Origin: Gammaproteobacteria bacterium
GTDB taxonomy: Bacteria > Pseudomonadota > Gammaproteobacteria > Natronospirales > REEB76
Length of the DNA stretch: 64,000 bases
Reading direction: 5' to 3'
Assembly (NCBI GenBank): GCA_028870845.1
Contig: JAGWOR010000006.1
Location: 12,065-76,064 of the forward strand
Under the pieces are notes generated by a model. The model saw only the letters and a list, made by a program, of their open reading frames with translations, had not been told where the DNA came from and ran no database searches. Positions 28,791 to 36,904 of this stretch are shown here, piece by piece; the stretch's first letter is position 1; every line of letters starts with the position of its first letter. The position numbers were made by a program, and so were the translations under genes.

Positions 28791-29324
28791 TCAGATTGCG
28801 GGCGCAGCGGTGTTCACGCCCGCGCATTCATCGCGCTGTTCTTTTTCCAGTTTTCTGCGGATCCGCTGCCGTTTAAGCTCCGAAAGATAGTCCACAAACA
28901 GCTTGCCATCGAGATGATCAATTTCATGCTGGATGCACACCGCCAGCAAACCCTCCGCTGCAAATTCCAGGGGGGTCCCGTCACCATCCAGTGCGCGCAC
29001 CCGGATGCGTTCGGCGCGCTCCACATCCTCGAAAACTCCCGGCACCGACAAGCAGCCTTCCTGCATTTTCTCCTTGCCCTGACTTTCGAGTATTTCCGGA
29101 TTGATAAAGACTTGCGGGTGATCACCATGCTCGGAGACGTCCACCACGATCAGCCGCTGATCGACACCCACCTGGGTGGCAGCCAGGCCGATGCCCGGGG
29201 CCGCGTACATGGTAGCCAACATATCTGCTGCCAATTGCCGGATCTCGGCTGTCACGCCCGCGACTGGCCGGGCACGGATTCGCAGACGGGGGTCTGGATA
29301 ATGCAGGATGGTGAGGGTAGCCAT
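28791..29324 (-). CDS. def: Peptide deformylase
   Basis: From the ATG at 29324: [32 protein letters not shown] and HEIDHLDG. Confidence 0.9.
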   Translation of the reverse strand: MATLTILHYPDPRLRIRARPVAGVTAEIRQLAADMLATMYAAPGIGLAATQVGVDQRLIVVDVSEHGDHPQVFINPEILESQGKEKMQEGCLSVPGVFEDVERAERIRVRALDGDGTPLEFAAEGLLAVCIQHEIDHLDGKLFVDYLSELKRQRIRRKLEKEQRDECAGVNTAAPAI

Positions 29325-29391
29325 AATCCAAGACACTCTGGGCGGGTAAGCCCTGGTTTTCAAGGGGAGCCGGTTAAATCCTCATGCACTT

Positions 29392-29419
29392 TTGCATAAA
29401 ATGCTGCTAAAGTTATGAT
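29392..29419 (+). promoter_or_regulatory. Candidate sigma70 promoter TTGCAT-N16-TATGAT immediately upstream of the intron 5' end
   Basis: -35 at 29392-29397 and -10 at 29414-29419. The -10 overlaps IBS2/IBS1, and the predicted start site falls at about the first intron nucleotides. Motif match only. Confidence 0.35.
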
Positions 29420-30041
29420 GCTAGTGCGACGAGAGTCGCGTGGGCAGTTGGCCCCATCCGCAACAGCGGGATAGCCATCTGAGCATGCGGTGCAAGCCGT
29501 GTAGGTAATTGTCTGGCAGCAGCAATTGGCTGTCCAGACCCGCCGTGCTATCGGCGGTAGCTGAGGGAAAGGTGCGTGGTGAGTAATCGCCAGGTGCCAA
29601 GCTTTCCTAAATGTAGCCATCCTGCGGGATACAGTCTGTCCCGCGAGGGATAGTGCTGTGCGACTGGTAGCCACAAGCCGGTCAAGGCGCTAGGCTTCGG
29701 TATGTGGGGAAAGTATTGAACTGCTGTTAAATGTCGTTATAACTAACGGGCCCAAGTGGCTGTTAGGCCCGACCCAAAACGGGAAGTGAACGAGATGCAT
29801 CCTTTAGCATTGGGTGCACATAGCTAAATATAGTTCACCGGCAAAAAGGCAGTCCCCAACAACTGGCGTTACCTATACGGAACTCGGTAAAAAAAAATGC
29901 TGAGGGTAATCCGCAGCGCTATTGGCTGGACCGGGTGATCCACCGCTATGGGGAAACCGTCCTGGGTGAGTATGCCGTCAAGGGGGCCCTGGTGACGGAG
30001 CTCACGTTAGCTGGCCCGGCAGGCCTTGAAAAGTGATCTGG

Positions 30042-30050
30042 TGATACAAT
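30042..30050 (+). promoter_or_regulatory. Candidate extended -10 promoter (TGATACAAT) inside the intron, upstream of the small-ORF cassette
   Basis: TGnTACAAT match. TTGAAA at 30026-30031 is too close (13-nt spacer) to be a proper -35. About 155 nt upstream of ORF1. Confidence 0.35.
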
Positions 30051-30206
30051 ATGTTTTATAAAGGCTGGCCCGGCTGAATGCGTAAGTATAAACAGGGCAT
30101 AGTGCATGGCCCTCTGGGGATCTTTCGGTCCCGCAGAGGGACTGAACGGTACTCCGAGCCATGGTCAATCAATGGCCCCGCCGATGGCGGGAATTAGGAG
30201 CGCCAA

Positions 30207-30401
30207 ATGAGGCTAAATAAGGCCCAGCGAGAAACGATGGCGAAAGCGGCGGAAAATATCGGCACACTGTTGATAGGCGCTGTTTTCGTTCAGGAGTTAT
30301 TTGGGAAGAAACCTATTGGGGCATGGTCTGCAGTAATTGGTGTTGGAATGGCGATTATTTCTTATGTTGCAGCAATCTGGTTAAGGAGGAAAGAGTCATG
30401 A
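30207..30401 (+). CDS. Small membrane protein (64 aa, about 2 TM), cargo ORF1 inside intron domain IV
   Basis: AGGAG lies 6 nt before the ATG. Sequence MRLNKAQRETMAKAAENIGTLLIGAVFVQELFGKKPIGAWSAVIGVGMAIISYVAAIWLRRKES. AT-richer than its surroundings. No family recognised. Confidence 0.6.
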   Translation: MRLNKAQRETMAKAAENIGTLLIGAVFVQELFGKKPIGAWSAVIGVGMAIISYVAAIWLRRKES

Positions 30402-30517
30402 GTTTTACTGCACTGACAATATTAGTCGGCTGTCTCGTGATTGCCGGAGCAGTGGTGGTTGACTACCTCTCTCGTCCCCATGGGCACAAAGAGCAAAACG
30501 AACGGCACCAGCATTAA
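30398..30517 (+). CDS. Small membrane protein (39 aa, 1 TM), cargo ORF2, translationally coupled to ORF1
   Basis: AAGGAGGA lies 7 nt before the ATG at 30398, and an ATGA overlap joins it to the ORF1 stop. Sequence MSFTALTILVGCLVIAGAVVVDYLSRPHGHKEQNERHQH. Confidence 0.55.
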   Translation: MSFTALTILVGCLVIAGAVVVDYLSRPHGHKEQNERHQH

Positions 30518-30934
30518 ACAGACCGTTTCGTAATCAAAACAAACCCGGCCGCCGAAAGCGGCCGGGTTCTTATGAAGGGTTTATGGCTGTTTTCGGCCAG
30601 TCGAACCCCAATCCGGCGCCATCGGAAGATCATGGGGGAGGCTAACCCCTTTGATCCGGCTTGGACTGCATACTTTGAGGCCCGTAATGGGGCGAATATG
30701 CAAAGGGTTCTGGCCCACCGGCCCAGGCACCTGTACCTTTGGAAACGGCAGGCGGGGCGATGCCCACAATGTCGGGCCCTGATCACTCAGGCGACCGGCT
30801 GGCACCGACACCACCTGCTGCCCAAGGGCCAGATGGGCAGGGAGGCATTGGCCAATCAATGCCTTCTCCACCCCAACTGTCACAGGCAATGGCATATACT
30901 TACGCGAGAAAGCTGCGGTATAACCTTAAGTTAG
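30518..30934 (+). pseudogene. Remnant of the group II intron reverse transcriptase/maturase (C-terminal DNA-binding/HNH endonuclease tail only)
   Basis: The open frame reads ...KGLWLFSASRTPIRRHRKIMGEANPFDPAWTAYFEAR...CPQCRALITQATGWHRHHLLPKGQMG...LLHPNCHRQWH, typical of the extreme C-terminus of an intron-encoded protein. No RT motifs occur anywhere upstream. The stop is 20 nt before domain V. Confidence 0.8.
30542..30573 (+). terminator. Hairpin terminator after the cassette
   Basis: AACCCGGCCGC-CGAAA-GCGGCCGGGTT (11-bp stem) followed by CTTAT. The U-tract is weak. Confidence 0.55.
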
Positions 30935-30953
30935 GTTATGCTTAGAGCGGCTT

Positions 30954-31028
30954 GAGCCGGATGCGGGGTAACCCGCATGTCCGGTTCTTAGGGGGGAGGG
31001 CAGCCATGAGGATCCCCTCCTACCCGAC
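30954..31028 (+). ncRNA. Group II intron domains V and VI
   Basis: DV is GAGCCGGATGCGGGGTAACCCGCATGTCCGGTTC (34 nt), with the AGC triad, a GUAA tetraloop and a 2-nt GU bulge on the 3' strand. DV folds exactly as the canonical structure. In DVI, GGAGGG pairs with CCCTCC and there is a single bulged A 6 nt before the 3' end. Confidence 0.9.
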
Positions 31029-31128
31029 TTAACAAGTTGCCCGGCAGCTCCGCCATCACAGGAGACCCGCCACCGCGGGAGGGCCTGGAAACCGTGGGGA
31101 TTTGTCAGGCGAGTCGTGGAGAGCTCCA

Positions 31129-32295
31129 ATGAAAGATTATAACGCGACCCGCTGCTTCACCGCCCTGTGCTTGGCAGGCATGCTGGCGGCTTGCGCCAGC
31201 GCGCCGAAAAAGCCGCAACCTGCTCCAGCAGCGCCGCCGCCTCCGGCACCCGCTCCGCAGGCCCAAGTCCAGCCTGCCCCGCCTCCACCACCGCCAGTGA
31301 TCCTGCCGCAGGCGCCCAAAACCTACGTGGTCAAAAAGGGCGACACTTTGTGGGGCATTGCTTCCATGTATCTCAAGGATCCCTGGCGTTGGCCAGACAT
31401 CTGGTACGCCAATCCAGCCATTAAAAACCCGCATCTGATTTACCCGGGAGACCAGTTCATATTGGGCTATATCAACGGCCGGCCGACCATCACGGTTGTA
31501 CGTAACGGAAAAGTTGTGAATGAAGCGGTAGCCGCACCGAGTCTGCCGGTGGAAACGCTCAAGCCTGAGATTCGCATCACTCCCATCATTCAGGCAATTC
31601 CTACCATACCCTTAAACGCTATCCGGCCTTTCCTAAGCGGCACCCGCGTGGTCAGCAAGGATGAGCTGGAAAATGCCGGTTACTTGTTGCAGGCCATCGA
31701 TGGTCGTCCGATTATGGGGGTCGGTAACGATGTGTATGCTCGTGGCCTGAAACGCGCCGATGGCGACCGCTATAACCTCTTCCGGCTGGGTCAGAAGTAC
31801 GTGGATCCGGAATCCGGTGACACCCTGGGCTACCAGGCCACCTACATCGGGGACGGCTCGGTGGTGCGTTGGGGTGATCCGGCAAAAGTCCTGCTTACCG
31901 CCACCACCCAGGAAGCCATGCCTGGTGACCGGTTCCTGCCGGTGGTGGCCGAAAAGCTCAATCAGGATTTCCTGCCGCATCCGCCTGTAAAACAGGTCAA
32001 GGGCGACATCATCGCCGTGCTGGGGGGAGTTGCCGAAATCGGTCAGTATCAGGTGGTGGTACTGGATCGGGGCACCAATGAGGGTCTCGACTCTGGCACG
32101 GTGCTGGGAATCTACGGACGCAAGAAGAAAGTCAGTGATCCCTATGCATTCGACGGCTTGAGCGGCTCGGTGTACCTACCGGGTGAGCGTGAGGGCATAC
32201 TGCTGGTGTTTCGCGCCTATCCCAAGGTTAGTTACGGACTGGTGATGGAAGCCACGCAAGAGATTCATCTTCTGGACGCGGTCAAGAATCCATAA
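31129..32295 (+). CDS. LysM peptidoglycan-binding lipoprotein (TsaP-like by domain and synteny)
   Basis: Lipobox LAGMLAAC, a Pro/Ala-rich linker, and LysM (YVVKKGDTLWGIASMYLKDPWRWPDIW..NP.I.NPHLIYPGD). Its position between def and dprA matches Pseudomonas PA0020. Confidence 0.75.
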   Translation: MKDYNATRCFTALCLAGMLAACASAPKKPQPAPAAPPPPAPAPQAQVQPAPPPPPPVILPQAPKTYVVKKGDTLWGIASMYLKDPWRWPDIWYANPAIKNPHLIYPGDQFILGYINGRPTITVVRNGKVVNEAVAAPSLPVETLKPEIRITPIIQAIPTIPLNAIRPFLSGTRVVSKDELENAGYLLQAIDGRPIMGVGNDVYARGLKRADGDRYNLFRLGQKYVDPESGDTLGYQATYIGDGSVVRWGDPAKVLLTATTQEAMPGDRFLPVVAEKLNQDFLPHPPVKQVKGDIIAVLGGVAEIGQYQVVVLDRGTNEGLDSGTVLGIYGRKKKVSDPYAFDGLSGSVYLPGEREGILLVFRAYPKVSYGLVMEATQEIHLLDAVKNP

Positions 32296-32308
32296 CCCCC
32301 AGGGGGAT

Positions 32309-33427
32309 TTGGAAATAGAGGCACAGGAAGCTAATTATTGGCTGGCGCTGATCCGGACACCCGGTCTTGGCGTCGCTGGTTTGCCGGCATTACTGGCGCG
32401 CTGTGGCTCGCTGGCAGGCATTTTCACCGCTTCATCCCATAAGCTGTCCGGCCTAGCGGAAAACACCCGTCAATGGCTGGAGAATCCCGACTGGGATACC
32501 GTGGCTCAGGATCTGCGCTGGCTGGAAGACACCGGCGTCCACATGCTGGCCTGCACCGATCCCGCATACCCGCCGCTGCTCAGGCAGATATCCGACCCGC
32601 CCATGGTGCTGTTCGTGCGTGGCAATTTGCAGGCACTAAGTCTGCCTCAGCTGGCCATGGTGGGCAGCCGCAACCCTAGTACCGAAGGTCGCCGCAATGC
32701 TGAGGAGTTCTCCGCCTATTTATCAAATTGCGGGCTCGGTATCACCAGCGGCATGGCCATGGGCATTGACGCTGCCAGTCACCGGGGTGCGCTCAGGAGT
32801 CGCGGCACCACGATCGCCGTATGGGGTGCGGGCCTGGATAAACCTTACCCGCCAAGCCACCGGGAACTTGCGGAAGAAATCGCCGAGCATGGCGCACTGG
32901 TGTCGGAATTTCTTCCAGGCACGCCGCCGCTGCCGCACAATTTCCCGCGGCGTAATCGCATCATCAGCGGCCTGTCGGTGGGCACCTTGGTGGTGGAAGC
33001 AGCCCAGACCAGCGGCTCACTCATCACTGCGCACCTTGCCAGTGAACAGGGACGCGAGGTATTCGCAATACCCGGTTCCATCCATAATCCGATGGCACGT
33101 GGTTGCCACCGTCTGATCCGTGAGGGTGCCAAGCTGGTGGAATCCGCAGGCGACATTCTCGAGGAACTGGCACCACTGCTGAAGCTCGAGCCTGTAAATG
33201 CCAGTGTGGAATCGCCAGTCCCTGAGCCAGACGTGGAGGATCCGGAATATCGCCTGCTCTTGAATTCAATGGATCACGCACCCATTTCCGTCGACTTGTT
33301 GGTTGAGCGTACTGGATTGACGCCCGACGTGGTTTCCTCCATGCTGCTGATGTTAGAGCTTCAAGGCCAGGTGGAAGCGACGCCGGGCGGGCATTACTCC
33401 CGGGTAACAAAGAGGCCGACGTCATGA
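32309..33427 (+). CDS. dprA: DNA-processing protein DprA (Smf)
   Basis: Motifs VGSRNPS, GMAMGIDAASHRGAL and FPRRNRIISGLS. The TTG start in the track is uncertain. Confidence 0.85.
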   Translation: MEIEAQEANYWLALIRTPGLGVAGLPALLARCGSLAGIFTASSHKLSGLAENTRQWLENPDWDTVAQDLRWLEDTGVHMLACTDPAYPPLLRQISDPPMVLFVRGNLQALSLPQLAMVGSRNPSTEGRRNAEEFSAYLSNCGLGITSGMAMGIDAASHRGALRSRGTTIAVWGAGLDKPYPPSHRELAEEIAEHGALVSEFLPGTPPLPHNFPRRNRIISGLSVGTLVVEAAQTSGSLITAHLASEQGREVFAIPGSIHNPMARGCHRLIREGAKLVESAGDILEELAPLLKLEPVNASVESPVPEPDVEDPEYRLLLNSMDHAPISVDLLVERTGLTPDVVSSMLLMLELQGQVEATPGGHYSRVTKRPTS

Positions 33428-33906
33428 TGAAAGAGAACGTGTTGGACGTGCTCATGTACCTGTTTGAAAATTATCTGGATGATGATGAAGCCGAGACCAA
33501 AACCGATCGTGAATCCCTGACAGTGGAACTGGAAGAAGCCGGTTTCCCCAAGTCGGAAATCAACAAAGCCTTCGACTGGCTGGAAAATCTGGCACAGAAC
33601 CCTCCGGCATCGGATGCTTCGCTCAATCGCCATGACGGTTTTCGGGTGTACGCGGAACCGGAATTTGCACGTCTGACCACCGAATGCCGGGGCTTCATCC
33701 AGTACCTGGAAAACATCGGTATCCTGGAACCTGTGCAGCGCGAAGTGGTCATTGACCGTATCATGGCCCTGGAGAACAGCGAGATTGACCTGGAACAGGT
33801 TAAATGGATCATTCTCATGGTGTTGTTCAATCATCCCGGCCAGGAAGATGCCTACTCACGCATGGAAGACCTGGTTTTCGACGATACCTTTGGCGTGATG
33901 CACTAG
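33424..33906 (+). CDS. smg: Smg protein (DUF494)
   Basis: MMKENVLDVLMYLFENYLDDD. ATGA overlap with dprA. Confidence 0.85.
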   Translation: MMKENVLDVLMYLFENYLDDDEAETKTDRESLTVELEEAGFPKSEINKAFDWLENLAQNPPASDASLNRHDGFRVYAEPEFARLTTECRGFIQYLENIGILEPVQREVVIDRIMALENSEIDLEQVKWIILMVLFNHPGQEDAYSRMEDLVFDDTFGVMH

Positions 33907-34010
33907 GCGTTGCTGTTGGCGTCGCGGCGGCTAACACTGGCGCCTGCGATAAGCGCTTGAGCCCCCCGGACTTGCCGTCGCGATACGGTTTGTAGTATTG
34001 CTGGATATAT

Positions 34011-36332
34011 ATGAGTGAAAATCTAGTCATTGTTGAGTCTCCGGCAAAAGCCAAGACCATCAAGAAATACCTCGGCAAAGGCTTCGAGGTGCTGGCTTCC
34101 TACGGCCATGTCCGCGATCTGGTGCCCAAAGAAGGCGCGGTGGACACCGAACACGGCTTTACCATGAAGTACGCGCTCATTGAGCGCAATGAAAAACACC
34201 TAGACGCCATCGCCAAGGCCCTCAAGAAAGCCGGGGCCCTGTACCTGGCCACAGACCCGGATCGCGAAGGCGAAGCGATTTCCTGGCACCTTAACGAGAT
34301 TCTCAAGGAACGCGGCGCCCTCAAGGACAAGGACGTGCATCGCGTGGTGTTCCATGAGATCACCCAGCGGGCTGTAAACGAGGCCGTGGCCCACCCGCGC
34401 CCGCTGTCCACCGAGCTGGTGAATGCCCAGCAGGCACGCCGTGCACTCGACTACCTGGTGGGCTTCAACCTCTCGCCCCTGCTGTGGAAAAAAATCCGCC
34501 GCGGCCTTTCCGCCGGCCGCGTGCAGTCACCTGCGCTGCGCCTGATCTGTGAGCGCGAGAACGAAATTGAGAAATTCAAAAGCGAGGAATACTGGAGCAT
34601 TGCCGCCAATGTGGATAAGGATGGGCAGGGCTTCAGTGCCCGGCTGTACCAATATGCCGGCGAGAAAGTCGAGCAATTCACCTTCCGGGATGAAAAATCC
34701 ACCCGCGCCGCAGAAGCGGCGCTGCTCAAATCAGCGGATGGCAAACTGCTGGTGGGTCAGGTGGAGAAAAAACAGCGCAGGCGCAATCCTTCGCCGCCGT
34801 TTACCACCTCCACTTTGCAACAGGAAGCTTCGCGCAAGCTGGGCTTCGGGGCGCAGCGCACCATGCGTACCGCCCAGCAGCTGTACGAAGGTATAGACCT
34901 GACCGGCGAAGGCGCAGTGGGGCTGATCAGCTACATGCGCACGGATTCCGTAAACCTGGCGGACGAGGCGCTAGCGGAAATCCGTGAGGTAATCGCCAAG
35001 CGTTATGGCGAGAACTATCTACCGGAATCTCCGCGTGCCTACAAAACCAAATCAAAGAATGCCCAGGAGGCACACGAAGCCATTCGCCCCACTTCGGCGG
35101 CGCGTGCACCCGAAGACATTCATGGCAAGCTCACTGAGGACCAGCGCAAGTTATACGATCTCATCTGGAAGCGCACGGTTGCCTGCCAAATGGAACAGGC
35201 GGTGTTCGATACCGTTACCGCCGACTTGGAGGCCGGCCAGGCTGGCAGCTTCCGCGCCAGCGGCTCGGTGCTGGTGGTGCCCGGCTTCATGGCGGTGTAC
35301 CAGGAGGGCCAGGACGACAGCGTCAATGATGACGAGGAGCACTTGTTGCCAGCACTGACGCAGGGGGAAACCATCGCCCTCAAAGACATCCAGTGTGAAC
35401 AGCATTTCACCGAACCACCGCCGCGGTATACCGAAGCCAGCCTGGTAAAGGCCCTGGAAGAATTCGGCATCGGCCGGCCCTCGACCTACGCCGCCATCAT
35501 CTCCACGTTGCAGCAGCGCGAGTATGTGGAGATGGACCGCAAGCGCTTCAAACCCACGGATGTGGGCCGGGTGGTCAATAAATTCCTGACCGAACATTTC
35601 ACCCAGTACGTGGATTACGATTTCACCGCGAAAATGGAGGATGAGCTGGACGCAGTGTCACGTGGCGAGAAGGAATGGGTGCCGGTGATGCATGAATTCT
35701 GGGATCCGTTCAAAAAGCTGGTGGACCACAAGGAGGAAAATGTCTCGCGCAAGGACGTGACCACCGAAAAGCTGGATGAAAAATGCCCGAAATGCGGCAA
35801 GCCCTTGTCCATCCGTTTGGGACGGCGCGGGCGCTTCATAGGCTGTACCGGATATCCGGACTGCGATTACACCCGCAACCTGGATGAAACTGCCGAACAG
35901 GCTTCACAACCGGAAAAAATCGAAGGCCGGCAGTGTCCGCAATGCAGCTCGGATTTGATCATCCGCCGCGGCCGTTACGGCAAGTTCATCGGCTGCACCG
36001 GCTACCCCAAGTGCAAGTACATCGAACCGCTGGAGAAACCCCAGGACATGGGGGTCGAATGCCCGGAATGCCATCAAGGCACGTTCCTCAAGCGCAAATC
36101 CCGCTACGGCAAGGTGTTCTACTCCTGTTCCCGCTACCCGGACTGCAAGTATGCGGTCTGGAATCCACCGCTGGCGCAACCCTGTCCGAAGTGCGGCTGG
36201 CCGATACTCACCATCAAAACCACCAAACGCAAAGGTACTGAGCGCGTATGCCCCCGCAAGGAATGTGGTTTTGCCGAACCCGCCCCGGAACTCGCACCGC
36301 CACAGGAACAGGAAGCGGCGGTGGCAAACTGA
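34011..36332 (+). CDS. topA: DNA topoisomerase I
   Basis: 773 aa. TOPRIM (LVIVESPAKAKTI, ATDPDREGEAI), active-site region ISYMRTDS, and four C-terminal Cys4 zinc ribbons. Confidence 0.95.
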   Translation: MSENLVIVESPAKAKTIKKYLGKGFEVLASYGHVRDLVPKEGAVDTEHGFTMKYALIERNEKHLDAIAKALKKAGALYLATDPDREGEAISWHLNEILKERGALKDKDVHRVVFHEITQRAVNEAVAHPRPLSTELVNAQQARRALDYLVGFNLSPLLWKKIRRGLSAGRVQSPALRLICERENEIEKFKSEEYWSIAANVDKDGQGFSARLYQYAGEKVEQFTFRDEKSTRAAEAALLKSADGKLLVGQVEKKQRRRNPSPPFTTSTLQQEASRKLGFGAQRTMRTAQQLYEGIDLTGEGAVGLISYMRTDSVNLADEALAEIREVIAKRYGENYLPESPRAYKTKSKNAQEAHEAIRPTSAARAPEDIHGKLTEDQRKLYDLIWKRTVACQMEQAVFDTVTADLEAGQAGSFRASGSVLVVPGFMAVYQEGQDDSVNDDEEHLLPALTQGETIALKDIQCEQHFTEPPPRYTEASLVKALEEFGIGRPSTYAAIISTLQQREYVEMDRKRFKPTDVGRVVNKFLTEHFTQYVDYDFTAKMEDELDAVSRGEKEWVPVMHEFWDPFKKLVDHKEENVSRKDVTTEKLDEKCPKCGKPLSIRLGRRGRFIGCTGYPDCDYTRNLDETAEQASQPEKIEGRQCPQCSSDLIIRRGRYGKFIGCTGYPKCKYIEPLEKPQDMGVECPECHQGTFLKRKSRYGKVFYSCSRYPDCKYAVWNPPLAQPCPKCGWPILTIKTTKRKGTERVCPRKECGFAEPAPELAPPQEQEAAVAN

Positions 36333-36335
36333 TGC

Positions 36336-36902
36336 ATGTGCATGAATGCGCTGCGCTGGCCGCTGCGGCATGCGCGTCAAGCAGTCTGGGGCGGTGGTGT
36401 CATCGCCTATCCCACCGAAGCCGTGTTTGGTCTGGGCTGCGATCCACTTAACCCGGAAGCCGTCGCCAGACTGCTGGCGATCAAGCACCGGGATTCCGCC
36501 AAAGGTTTCATCCTCATCGCAGCTGACATCATCCAGCTGGAACCATTCATGCAACTGACCACTGGGTTGCGTGAACAGCTGCTTAACACCTGGCCCGGCC
36601 CGGTCACCTGGGTGGTACCCGCAGCCGCTGGCGTACCCGCATGGCTTACCGGCGGCCGTGATACGCTCGCAGTACGTGTTACTGCCCATCCGGTAGCGGC
36701 CATGTTATGCCGCGCCACCGGTTTGGCACTGATATCCACCAGCGCTAACCTGGGCGGTCATCCACCGCTGCGTTCCGCGCTGGCGGTGCGCCGAATGCTG
36801 CGGATGCGTCTGGATTACATCCTGCCGGGAAGGGTCGGAGCCAGGCGTAAGCCCACGGAAATTCGTGACGCAACCAGCGGTGCGCTACTGCGCCAGGGTT
36901 AA
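36336..36902 (+). CDS. tsaC: L-threonylcarbamoyladenylate synthase type 1 (YrdC/TsaC)
   Basis: 188 aa. Motifs [13 protein letters not shown] and STSANLGG. Confidence 0.8.
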   Translation: MCMNALRWPLRHARQAVWGGGVIAYPTEAVFGLGCDPLNPEAVARLLAIKHRDSAKGFILIAADIIQLEPFMQLTTGLREQLLNTWPGPVTWVVPAAAGVPAWLTGGRDTLAVRVTAHPVAAMLCRATGLALISTSANLGGHPPLRSALAVRRMLRMRLDYILPGRVGARRKPTEIRDATSGALLRQG

Positions 36903-36904
36903 AC

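Larger units (their letters stand above)
29424..31028 (+). mobile_element. Group II intron (about 1.6 kb, IIA/IIB-like with EBS1 and EBS2), RT ORF degenerate
   Basis: 5' GUGCGAC at 29424. EBS2 ATAACT (29739-29744) is complementary to IBS2 AGTTAT (29411-29416). EBS1 TAGCAT (29805-29810) is complementary to IBS1 ATGCTA (29418-29423, the last 6 exon nt). Domain V lies at 30954-30987, domain VI has its bulged A at 31022, and the 3' end is ...CCCGAC at 31028. The intron-encoded protein tail is in domain IV. Confidence 0.85.

Noticed and set aside
29360-29674. 104-aa minus-strand ORF. The 67-aa minus-strand ORF at 30926-31129 and the 90- and 104-aa ORFs at 30514-30895 are similar cases.
   Set aside because: They lie antisense to structured intron RNA or the IEP remnant. 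They have no RBS and an implausible Cys/Arg/Pro-rich composition.
30323-30397. Upstream 25 codons of the ORF track entry 30323-30517.
   Set aside because: They overlap ORF1 out of frame. The ATG at 30398 has a strong AAGGAGGA Shine-Dalgarno site and an ATGA coupling to ORF1, so the shorter 39-aa product is preferred.
30518-30934. The HNH-containing fragment as part of a retron or other defence reverse transcriptase.
   Set aside because: It is followed 20 nt later by canonical group II intron domains V and VI and preceded by a GUGCG 5' end with matching EBS/IBS pairs. It is therefore a group II intron IEP tail, and no RT motifs are present.
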